This document shows, piece after piece, positions 7,634 to 16,788 of a DNA stretch of 32,000 nt. The translations under genes were made by a program, and so were the position numbers. The stretch covers positions 360,001 to 392,000 of the forward strand of contig NZ_CP043316.1 of assembly GCF_008189405.1 (NCBI RefSeq). The letters are read 5' to 3'. The first letter of the stretch is position 1, and every line of letters starts with the position of its first letter. This stretch comes from Candidatus Saccharimonadota bacterium (lineage in GTDB: Bacteria; Pseudomonadota; Alphaproteobacteria; CAJXXZ01; 1604HC). A model generated the notes under the pieces. The model did not search any database and had not been told where the DNA came from. It saw nothing but the letters and a program-made list of their open reading frames with translations.

Positions 7634-8806
7634 ATGACTTTTGCATTTTTATTAGGTGGATTTTTGATCTCAAAATTCTGGCAAGATACTTTAATGTTAT
7701 CAATTCCATCAATAGCAACATACATTGGTATGCCTGCAGCAATCATAAGGCAATCTGTAGTGTTTTCTGGGATTGGATTGACATTAGGAGCTATGATAGT
7801 AGGGCCAATTAATGATCGATTTGGACCAAAAAAAACCTTTCCCGTCTATTTGGTTTTAATTAGTATTTTGAATATTTTTTTAACATATAATCTAAGTGTT
7901 AATTTATTAAGGGTTGTTTTATTGCTAAGAAGTGTTTGTTTGGCCGGATCAATTAATAATACATATGTTGGAACATCTTTATTATATAAAGGAGATCAAT
8001 TACCTAGAATGACTTCAGTTCTATATATGGCTTTATTTGGTTTAAGTGCATTATTTCCTATTGCATTTTCATTAATTGTTAAAAACTACTCATTTCAAGT
8101 ATTATCCATTATAAGTTCGATAATTTGTTTAATAATTTCATATTATATTTTCGCGCATTTGCCAAACAAAGAGCCTATTCCTATTAACTTTCAAACATTT
8201 AAAAAATGGAAAAACTTTCTTAAAGATTTTAAATTTATAGCATGTTCTGCAGTTTCTATGATTTGTATTGGTGGCTTCTATGGGTTCATTGCTATATACG
8301 CTGCTCAATTCTCCAAATTGAATGGAAAATTAACAGTTAATGGAATGTTTAAATTTGCTATAACCTTAGCATTAATTCAAGGTATTGGTCGTTTTTGTAC
8401 ATTTATTACAGCAACTATGTGTTCTGTTAAATTAAATCTTGGGAATGTAGGAAAATACTTATCTTTAAGCATGCTAGGTATAGCGATTGGAATGTTTTGG
8501 ATGTTTATAAGCGGAATGGTTTTCGACAAATTAATACTATTCGGAATATTTGGATTTTTCCTAACTTGCCTAGCCTCAGGAATAGCACAACCAGCAACAA
8601 AATTAGCTCTTTTAACTATTTTTAAAGATTCTCCAGGTAGTGGTCAATCTCTTGTTGGAACTGGAAATAGCGTTTATGAAGTAATTGCAATATTATTTGT
8701 ATTTAACATTCCATACCAACCATTAGGTGGATACTTATACTTATTACTAACATCTGTTGTTACTTTCTATCTTTTCTTATATTTTAGGAAGATGGAGAAA
8801 ATATAG
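7634..8806 (+). CDS. MFS transporter (Bcr/CflA-like)
   Basis: The protein has about 12 hydrophobic segments and the loop 2-3 motif GPINDRFGPKK, which matches the MFS G-x-L-S-D-R-x-G-R-R/K motif. Confidence 0.75.
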   Translation: MTFAFLLGGFLISKFWQDTLMLSIPSIATYIGMPAAIIRQSVVFSGIGLTLGAMIVGPINDRFGPKKTFPVYLVLISILNIFLTYNLSVNLLRVVLLLRSVCLAGSINNTYVGTSLLYKGDQLPRMTSVLYMALFGLSALFPIAFSLIVKNYSFQVLSIISSIICLIISYYIFAHLPNKEPIPINFQTFKKWKNFLKDFKFIACSAVSMICIGGFYGFIAIYAAQFSKLNGKLTVNGMFKFAITLALIQGIGRFCTFITATMCSVKLNLGNVGKYLSLSMLGIAIGMFWMFISGMVFDKLILFGIFGFFLTCLASGIAQPATKLALLTIFKDSPGSGQSLVGTGNSVYEVIAILFVFNIPYQPLGGYLYLLLTSVVTFYLFLYFRKMEKI

Positions 8807-8808
8807 GC

Positions 8809-10005
8809 ATGAATACAAGTATTAATATCAACAATATAAAAGATAAAAATCATATTATAAACCTTAACCTTGATGAAATAGAAATCACTTCTAGACTAAA
8901 TTTATCCCAATACATTAAATCTCTATTTCCAAAAGGATCAAAAATTGTGGCAGCCATGTCCGGTGGTGTAGATAGCTCTGTGACAGCTGCATTAATGATC
9001 AAAGCTGGATATGACGTTGTTGGATTAACACTAAAATTACATGATAATCCGTCAACTAATCATAATATTAGAGATGCAAAAGCAATAGCAGATTTTCTAG
9101 GATTTGAACATAATGTTTTAGATCTTAGAAATGAATTTCAAGAACATGTTTTAGATAAATTCATGTCTGAATATGAAGAAGGTAAAACACCAAATCCATG
9201 TATGAGATGTAATAGAAATATCAAATTCAGCGGAATGGTAGAATATACAAAATCTATAGGTGCACAGGGGTTAGTAACTGGTCATTATGTAAAAAGAGTA
9301 ATAAAAGATGATAAACATCGAATTATGATGGCAAGGGATTTTAATAAAGATCAAAGTTACTTCTTATCTATGATTTCCAAGGATCATTTACCATACATTG
9401 GATTTCCACTAGGAATTATGACTAAGCCTATTGCACGAAGAATCGCTGAATTCTGGAATTTATTTGTAGCTAAAAAAGCTGAGAGTCAGGACTTGTGCTT
9501 TGCTGTAAGTAATAAATATTACGATGTATTAAAAAATATGGGAACACAAGATGAAAGTGGAGATATTGTAGATTTAGATGGGAAAAAGCTTGGAAAGCAT
9601 AATGGAGTTTCTAAGTTTACAATTGGCCAACGTAAAGGTTTAAGCTTAGCAGGTGGTCCATGGTTTGTGAATAAAATAGATAAACAAAGCAATACAGTAA
9701 TCGTTGGAAGCCTAAAAGATTTAGAATGTTATGAAGTGTATTTTGAACAACTAAACTTATTAGGTGATTTTGATTTGCATAATATGAGTGATCTAAAAAC
9801 CAAAGTCAGAGGGACTCATAGGCCTGTGCCCTGCTCTGTAGAAGTATTTGATAATGGAACTGGAATTATACATTTAAAGAACCCTGAATATGGAGTTGCA
9901 ACTGGTCAATTTTGTGGATTCTACCATAATGAGATTCTATTAGGTGGTGGCTATATTGTTGACAAGGATCTTGTATTGAAAAAACAAACAAATAAAAACG
10001 TATGA
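8809..10005 (+). CDS. mnmA: tRNA-specific 2-thiouridylase MnmA
   Basis: The PP-loop AAMSGGVDSSV is present, along with NPCMRCN, DQSYFL and GQRKGL. Confidence 0.92.
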   Translation: MNTSININNIKDKNHIINLNLDEIEITSRLNLSQYIKSLFPKGSKIVAAMSGGVDSSVTAALMIKAGYDVVGLTLKLHDNPSTNHNIRDAKAIADFLGFEHNVLDLRNEFQEHVLDKFMSEYEEGKTPNPCMRCNRNIKFSGMVEYTKSIGAQGLVTGHYVKRVIKDDKHRIMMARDFNKDQSYFLSMISKDHLPYIGFPLGIMTKPIARRIAEFWNLFVAKKAESQDLCFAVSNKYYDVLKNMGTQDESGDIVDLDGKKLGKHNGVSKFTIGQRKGLSLAGGPWFVNKIDKQSNTVIVGSLKDLECYEVYFEQLNLLGDFDLHNMSDLKTKVRGTHRPVPCSVEVFDNGTGIIHLKNPEYGVATGQFCGFYHNEILLGGGYIVDKDLVLKKQTNKNV

Positions 10006-10102
10006 TTTTTAGCTTTCATAATTACCAGCATTTTCAGAACTATATTATAATTAGCTATGTAATATATAGTTATATAAAAATATTACACATAAGGCATACA
10101 AT

Positions 10103-10561
10103 ATGATTATTGGAATTGGTATAGATTTAGTCAATTATAATAGAATAGAAATCTTATTTAATAAATATGGAGAAAAATTAGCAGCAAAAATTCTTAGTGA
10201 TTGGGAAATCCTAAAGTTCAATGATAAACATATCGCAAACCATAATGATAAATCAAATATTAAAAATGAAGCATCAAATCTATTTTATAAAAATAAATTA
10301 ATAAATTTAATTGCAAAAAAATTAGCAGTAACAGAAGCAATAAGTAAGGCAAGTTCCACTGGAATAGGAAAATATTGTAGATTTCATGATTTGCATTTAT
10401 ATAATGAAATATCAGGAAAACCACAAATAAATGTTACAGGCCAAACAAATCAATATTTAAGTAAAAATAATAAATACAGAATCCACATCAGCTTTAGTGA
10501 TGAAATCATTGATGCTCATAAAATAGTAATATGTAATGTTATACTGTGTAATGTTGAATGA
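10103..10561 (+). CDS. acpS: Holo-[acyl-carrier-protein] synthase
   Basis: The N-terminus MIIGIGIDLV is present, followed by the LAVTEAISKA motif (FA.KEA..KA). There is an N/K-rich internal insertion. Confidence 0.8.
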   Translation: MIIGIGIDLVNYNRIEILFNKYGEKLAAKILSDWEILKFNDKHIANHNDKSNIKNEASNLFYKNKLINLIAKKLAVTEAISKASSTGIGKYCRFHDLHLYNEISGKPQINVTGQTNQYLSKNNKYRIHISFSDEIIDAHKIVICNVILCNVE

Positions 10562-10749
10562 AGCAAACAAATCAATTAGTACAAATCAGTAAGATTGAGA
10601 TGACTGGACTAATTCAATCAAAATAGTCAAATTAAGTAAAAATTACATGCAAAATAAATTATACATAATAACTATATAGTATGATTACAGTCAATGCATA
10701 TTCACCACTTATTGCATTTATATGCTAATATATGTTATAAATTGGCTAA

Positions 10750-11964
10750 ATGTCTAGTAAAAAAATAGGATTTATATCTCTTACATCAATTATAATTGGA
10801 AATATTATGGGAAGTGGAGTACTTCTATTACCAAAAACAATTGGTAAATTTGGAATTATTTCATTATGGTCTTATGCAATTAGTGCAGTAGGATTTCTTG
10901 CAATAGGACTATTATATGCACAAATGCAAATGTGGTTAAAATGTGAAGGTGTACATGGACCTATTTTAAAAGTTTTTGGGAATAAATATGGTAAAGCTGC
11001 AGCATTTTTATATTGGCTATCTGTAGTCACAGGAAATAGTGCATTATTTACTAGCTTGTTTTCATATATAGGGTTTGGAAAAATATCTTTATTAACATGT
11101 TTATCACTAACATCAATAATCTTGTTTTTTGCAACTTTATTTAATTGTATTGATTTAAGAGCTGTAAAAATAGTTGAATTATTTGTCGCAGCTGTAAAAA
11201 TGATACCATTAATTGGTCTACCTTTATTGTGTATTTATTATGCTTGGAAATCCAATGTAGATATATATAAAATATATGAAACCACTACATTCACTTCTGG
11301 TATTCAGCAAACTTTAACACATACATTATGGGCATTTTTAGGTGTAGAGACTGCAGTGGCAATAGGAAGTAAAATTCATAATCCAGAAAAAACAATAGCA
11401 AGGTCAATGATAGTTGGAATGTCAACAATTGCTATAGCATATATATTAGGAATGTGGGCAATTTTGAAAATATTACCTAATGTAAGCGAAATAAATGCAC
11501 CGTATACAGAGCTTCTTATGTTTATAGTGCCTCAATCAATTAGAAGTTTCGCATCTCCCCTTATCTATGGATTAGCAATATTTTTGATTTTAGGATCTGT
11601 ATATAGCTGGATTTTCACAACTGGTGTTATTGCATCTGATTCAGCTGAACAAGGACTGTTTCCTAAATTTTTAGCATATAAAAATAGGTTTGGGGCTCCA
11701 TCAAATGCATTAATAGTTTCTTCACTATTTTCATTATTGTTTCTTATTGCAACTTATAGAGATGATTTATCTACACATTTTGATATTATGATTAATTTTC
11801 TTACATTGATTACATTTTTTGTACACTTTGCTACAAACATCGCATTCTTTAAATTTATCTTCTCTCAATCTAAACTGACAATATATAATTTATTCATAGG
11901 AACCACAGCTATAATAGCTAATATTATAGCAATTTCCATAATAATTATGCAAATTTTAACATAA
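10750..11964 (+). CDS. APC-superfamily amino acid/polyamine antiporter (ArcD/PotE-like)
   Basis: The N-terminal LTSIIIGNIMGSGVLLLP and the later FGNKYGKAAAFLYWLSVVTGNSA match the APA-family pattern. The protein is polytopic. Confidence 0.75.
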   Translation: MSSKKIGFISLTSIIIGNIMGSGVLLLPKTIGKFGIISLWSYAISAVGFLAIGLLYAQMQMWLKCEGVHGPILKVFGNKYGKAAAFLYWLSVVTGNSALFTSLFSYIGFGKISLLTCLSLTSIILFFATLFNCIDLRAVKIVELFVAAVKMIPLIGLPLLCIYYAWKSNVDIYKIYETTTFTSGIQQTLTHTLWAFLGVETAVAIGSKIHNPEKTIARSMIVGMSTIAIAYILGMWAILKILPNVSEINAPYTELLMFIVPQSIRSFASPLIYGLAIFLILGSVYSWIFTTGVIASDSAEQGLFPKFLAYKNRFGAPSNALIVSSLFSLLFLIATYRDDLSTHFDIMINFLTLITFFVHFATNIAFFKFIFSQSKLTIYNLFIGTTAIIANIIAISIIIMQILT

Positions 11965-12122
11965 ATCACATCAATAATTCATGTTAAATCACATCTAAAC
12001 AATACAATATCAAATCATTATAAATCATACAATTATTTATATGAACCTAACCATTTTAACCTTTTATTCACATCTTATTTATAATCTTTAAATATACAAA
12101 CAATTTTTTGGAGGTAAAGTAT

Positions 12123-13115
12123 ATGTCAAAGTATTTAGCTTTATTACTATTAGGAGCAAAATTATATGCATTAGATGGCATAGTATTTGATGACACTGAA
12201 ACAGATGCAACTTCTGTTACTGGTATTGGTATAGAAAGATCACCATCAGGCTATATCATTAAAGAAAATAAAGATGCAATATCTGTTCATGGAGTTGATT
12301 CAGCAGCACCAACTGAATCATATGCACCTGAAGATGCAGATGCTTTATTGCGTACTTTTAATGACCAAGATCATATACAAACAATAGAACTAACAGAACA
12401 AGACTTAGTACAAGAAACTGCTAGAAGAATGAGTGTTAATAATGGACAATCTCAATCAAATATATCAGAGCTCAGCTTAAATCAAAACACTGCAATGAGC
12501 ATAGAAGAAACTGCATATATTACAAAAAATGCACATGATATCGTAAAAAATACAGGCTCATACACTAAGGAACAGGTAACTGCAGCTAGATTGCACTTAT
12601 CTTTAGTAAGCGAAGCAGCACATGGTGCAACTCCTGAAAAGCAAAAAAGCACATCAATCCAGTTAAGCCAAACACCAAAACACCAAAGCATATCAAAGCC
12701 ACAATATGATACACCACAACAAGTATCTTCAGTACAAAAGACTCCAGAGACTGCTATAAAAAAATCAGCATCTGTAGGAAGTGTCGGAAGCATTGTAATA
12801 GATCAAAATGGAATAGATATAGGCGGATTGGTCAAATATAATAGTGAGCATGGATTTAGTGTGGATACACCTCAATCACCTATTCCTACAGGAGTCAAAT
12901 TAGATGCAAATGGAACTCTAACACTTACACATGAAAGCCCTGCAAATAATGGACAAAATCAAAAGAATAATCAAGGTATTAACCTTAATGAATCTATTAA
13001 ATCAATTCAATCCCTTTTGCAATCCCCAACACATAAAAACCCAAAACCTATTGCTAAAAACAACCAAAGACCTGCTAAAGGTGGTGGTTGTGGATGTAGC
13101 TGTACTATTAGCTAA
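12123..13115 (+). CDS. Orphan secreted, low-complexity (S/T/Q/P-rich) protein with a C-terminal polybasic + Cys-rich + CaaX-like tail
   Basis: A GGAGG at 12110-12114 precedes the ATG at 12123. The N-terminus MSKYLALLLLGAKLYA|LDG looks like a Sec signal peptide. I recognise no enzymatic motifs. The protein ends ..KNPKPIAKNNQRPAKGGGCGCSCTIS*. Confidence 0.7.
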   Translation: MSKYLALLLLGAKLYALDGIVFDDTETDATSVTGIGIERSPSGYIIKENKDAISVHGVDSAAPTESYAPEDADALLRTFNDQDHIQTIELTEQDLVQETARRMSVNNGQSQSNISELSLNQNTAMSIEETAYITKNAHDIVKNTGSYTKEQVTAARLHLSLVSEAAHGATPEKQKSTSIQLSQTPKHQSISKPQYDTPQQVSSVQKTPETAIKKSASVGSVGSIVIDQNGIDIGGLVKYNSEHGFSVDTPQSPIPTGVKLDANGTLTLTHESPANNGQNQKNNQGINLNESIKSIQSLLQSPTHKNPKPIAKNNQRPAKGGGCGCSCTIS

Positions 13116-13739
13116 TTATATAAACTATTTTCTACTATATAAATTGTATAATCATAACACACAAAACTATGAGAATTAATCTCACTATTATAAAAATCAT
13201 AAACTATGCTTATAGCTATCAACGTATTTTAATCTATACTAGATCATTATGGATATAAAATTTATTACTATAAATATATTGAAGATTAATCATATATGAT
13301 GCTTATTATACATAGGTTTACATAAATTCATATATATATAAATCAGAACGAAATATCATCATAAATTCATATAAACTCATAATAATAAGGTTCATAACTC
13401 TATTCTTACTTAATTCATTTTAATATATCAAAGTTATTTATTCTCTAACTTACTATATAACCCAATGTGATTTAGTGATTCAAACTTATTTGCTAATATT
13501 ATATTTGATTAAGCGTTCTGATCAATCAATATACTGTCTATTCAATAGCAATATTTATAATTTATAAAGCGTATTTAAGGATAATAAATTTGTATATTTT
13601 CTGATTACATTAAAATTATAGTATAATCTACATCTTTAATGCTATAAGAATAACAAAAAGCAATGCTTTCATGTAAACAATTTAATAAGAAAAACAAAAT
13701 TAATTGCAAAATATTTATGGAATAATAATATATTTCTGA

Positions 13740-14360
13740 TCACATAGATCTAGAATACATCTCGATAACCATTGGCATATCCATAATAGCAGGATATTTG
13801 ATTTCTTCAATGTTATCAGGCAGTTTAACCAAAGAACCAGACAAACCATCTTGCGCTACATCCATGTAAGCAGGAACATCTCTTTCTTTTAATTCTATAG
13901 AATGTTTAATCACACCCATATTTTTAGATTTATCTCTAAGTTCAATTTTATCGCCAGGAGATACTAAGTAAGAAGCAACATCAACTCTTGCTCCATTAAT
14001 CAATATGTGACCATGGTTAACTAATTGCTTAGCTCCAAAAATAGTAGCAGACCATTTCAAACGATAAATACATGTATCTAATCTTCTTTCAAGCATTTGA
14101 ATCAAATTAGTTCCTGTATCACCTCTTTTATTCATAGAAATCTTAAAGAACCTTCTAAATTGTCCTTCTTTCATTCCATAATAATATCTAAACTTTTGTT
14201 TAGCGATTAATTGCAATGCATAGTTAGATAATTTTTTCCTTCTTCTACTTCCATGTTGGCCTGGTCTACTTTGTCTTTTGTTGAAAGGACTCTTATCCCT
14301 ACCCCAAAGATTAACACCACATGCTCTATCAATCTTATATTTACTTCTGATTAAATGCAT
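13740..14360 (-). CDS. rpsD: 30S ribosomal protein S4
   Basis: The N-terminus contains KYKIDRACGVNLWGR...RPGQHG, and the S4 domain LERRLDTCIYRL is present. A GGAGGT sits immediately upstream of the ATG. Confidence 0.95.
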   Translation of the reverse strand: MHLIRSKYKIDRACGVNLWGRDKSPFNKRQSRPGQHGSRRRKKLSNYALQLIAKQKFRYYYGMKEGQFRRFFKISMNKRGDTGTNLIQMLERRLDTCIYRLKWSATIFGAKQLVNHGHILINGARVDVASYLVSPGDKIELRDKSKNMGVIKHSIELKERDVPAYMDVAQDGLSGSLVKLPDNIEEIKYPAIMDMPMVIEMYSRSM

Positions 14361-14403
14361 ATGACCTCCAATATACCACGCAATATCTTCACATTCATTA
14401 ACA

Positions 14404-16788
14404 CTATGATAGCTTTTTATAATCTTTTGTCAATTCTAAACCTAAATTAATTTCTTGTGATGCAATATTACTTTCTTTAGCATAAGCTTTGAAAATAATA
14501 TCAGACAATTTATTCTTAACTGTATATATATATAATTGTTCTTTAGATCTTGTGATAGCAACATAAAGCAATCGATCATACTCATATTCTGATATATGCT
14601 TTCTTTTTTTCAAAGCATTTTGATATTTTATACTTTGTTTATGTGGGAAGATAACTTTTCCACTATCATATAACACATCTTGAATATTATCATATTTGCT
14701 ATCATCAAAAATAATTACTATCGGAGATTCTAGCCCTTTAGATGAATGTACAGTTTTAATTCGTATTCCATTATTATGATGGTTTACCATTTTTTTTGAT
14801 TTCCTTACATAATCAAAAAATTCTAACCATGACTCTTCACCAAAATCATTCACTATTTCCCAGAAGGCCAATATAGAATTATATCCAAGTTTCATTAAAT
14901 ATTTACCATAATTATCATTAAAAACAATCTGTGAAAAGAAAGGAATAATATTCTTAGGATAAGAAACCCATCGCTTAATATATTTATTTAATTCTATAAC
15001 TTTTGCTAGAAACTCATCTGACATATCACTATAATTTCCAAGATTTATACAATAATCTTCATTTAAGTTAAATATATTTTCCTGCTCACAAAATAACATT
15101 TCTAAATCCTCATAACTCCATTTAAAATATCCATTTTTTAATATAGCTATTAATGCAGTAGAATCTTTAAATAGCGCAAACTTAGCAATATTTATCAAGC
15201 TTTCGACTATGCAATCATACATAATGTAAAAAGGATGCTCATTGATTGGAATTCCAGCGTTTTGTATTTCAGACAACAGGCGAAATGTAGAGTTGTTTCT
15301 TTTTTTGATTAAAATTAAAATATCTTTGAACTCAACATACTTACCTTGCTCAAATAAATAATATTCATTGACTAAATCACGTATTTTCTTAATCATATCG
15401 GTGAATATTTTACTATCTACTCTATTATCATCAAACAATTTGCATTGCACTTTACCTCTAAAATTCACATTTGAAATGTGTTTAGTAGGGTAATTTGTAT
15501 ATGACATCACTGTATCTACAAAGTGTAAAATGTCATCTGAAGATCTATAAGATGCATGTAATTTCTTCACTTCAAACTGCAAACCATATGTTTTGGCATA
15601 ATTTTGTAAATTTCTTTTCATTTTTGTAAATAATGGCCCGTCAAACGTATTTGATGAGTAAATACTTTGCTTCTCATCTCCAACAATATATAGCGTACAT
15701 TTATTACTAGATTGTATTTCTTTATATAAATTAAGAACAACATCCCATTGCCCCTGAGATAAATCTTGTGCCTCATCTACAAAAATATATTTAATCGGTA
15801 TGATCTTTTGTAAAACATTATAATCTGCAAAGTTAACGTTCTTAATTAAATCATTAAAATCTACTAGTTTGTTTTTATCTTTTTCTGCTCTATACAACAA
15901 TTTGATATGATTGATAAACTGCCCTATAGAATTTGATTTAAGATTTACTTGATACTCGTTATATTCATCAGATTTTTCTTTAATTTGAATAAAATAGTTA
16001 TCTAACCATTCTCTGGATTGTATATGATTCATGCCCCATTTCTTAGAGTATAATTTTTTACGTAACTCACCATCTTTAGTCATAATAATATTAAAAACAT
16101 GCTCAGGCGTTATATTCTGCTTAGATACCCTATCATATGAATTTACCCCACTATTATGTGCATCTAACCTATTATATTTATCTGCTATGTTACTACTACT
16201 ATCATTACTGTTTTCTGATGTTCCATGATCATTTATATCGCTATAGCTATCATCATTAGTATTATTATCATTACTACCTTCTATGCTATTAATACTATTG
16301 GCATTTAGAAGCTTTAGCTCTAAATTCCCTCCTTTGTTCAAATCACATATTACAGAATCAGGAAATTCAATTGGATTCCATACAAAATCACATAAATCAT
16401 TCAATGTAACAATGTTATCTTGCTTAACAATCATAATAATATGACTTAATAGAGAAGCCCACTCATCTAATAACAAATAAATCAAATCAAACCATGCTTG
16501 CTCTTGCAACACATCATTGATAATTCTTTTAATTAAGTTTTCTGATTCTATTTCATTAATCAGTTGTGAATCATCATAAAAAGTATTACAAAAACTATGC
16601 ACAGTATAAAACCTTATCTTATCTGAATATGCCCTTAATCTATCTTTCATTTCATTTGCTGCAGCATTACTAAAACTCAAACATAATATTGATTCTCCAT
16701 GTACTTTTTTCAATATAAGTTTTTTAATTTCTTGAACTAAATTATAAGTTTTCCCTGAACCAGCTGATGCATCAACCCATGTAATCAT
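14404..16788 (-). CDS. addA: UvrD/AddA-like superfamily-1 helicase without a C-terminal RecB-type nuclease domain
   Basis: The helicase motifs are present: I DASAGSGKT, Ia CLSFSNAAANEM, II FVDEAQDLS, III VGDEKQSIY, then TVHSSKGLE and VI LLYVAITRSKEQLYIY. The protein ends about 35 aa after motif VI. The gene overlaps the upstream partner by 17 nt, as in alphaproteobacterial addB-addA. Confidence 0.7.
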   Translation of the reverse strand: MITWVDASAGSGKTYNLVQEIKKLILKKVHGESILCLSFSNAAANEMKDRLRAYSDKIRFYTVHSFCNTFYDDSQLINEIESENLIKRIINDVLQEQAWFDLIYLLLDEWASLLSHIIMIVKQDNIVTLNDLCDFVWNPIEFPDSVICDLNKGGNLELKLLNANSINSIEGSNDNNTNDDSYSDINDHGTSENSNDSSSNIADKYNRLDAHNSGVNSYDRVSKQNITPEHVFNIIMTKDGELRKKLYSKKWGMNHIQSREWLDNYFIQIKEKSDEYNEYQVNLKSNSIGQFINHIKLLYRAEKDKNKLVDFNDLIKNVNFADYNVLQKIIPIKYIFVDEAQDLSQGQWDVVLNLYKEIQSSNKCTLYIVGDEKQSIYSSNTFDGPLFTKMKRNLQNYAKTYGLQFEVKKLHASYRSSDDILHFVDTVMSYTNYPTKHISNVNFRGKVQCKLFDDNRVDSKIFTDMIKKIRDLVNEYYLFEQGKYVEFKDILILIKKRNNSTFRLLSEIQNAGIPINEHPFYIMYDCIVESLINIAKFALFKDSTALIAILKNGYFKWSYEDLEMLFCEQENIFNLNEDYCINLGNYSDMSDEFLAKVIELNKYIKRWVSYPKNIIPFFSQIVFNDNYGKYLMKLGYNSILAFWEIVNDFGEESWLEFFDYVRKSKKMVNHHNNGIRIKTVHSSKGLESPIVIIFDDSKYDNIQDVLYDSGKVIFPHKQSIKYQNALKKRKHISEYEYDRLLYVAITRSKEQLYIYTVKNKLSDIIFKAYAKESNIASQEINLGLELTKDYKKLS

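Noticed and set aside
12482-13179. ORFs 12482..12793 (-) and 12931..13179 (+), overlapping the orphan secreted-protein gene
   Set aside because: These are alternative-frame or antisense ORFs with no RBS. The main frame has a GGAGG, a signal peptide and a coherent composition.
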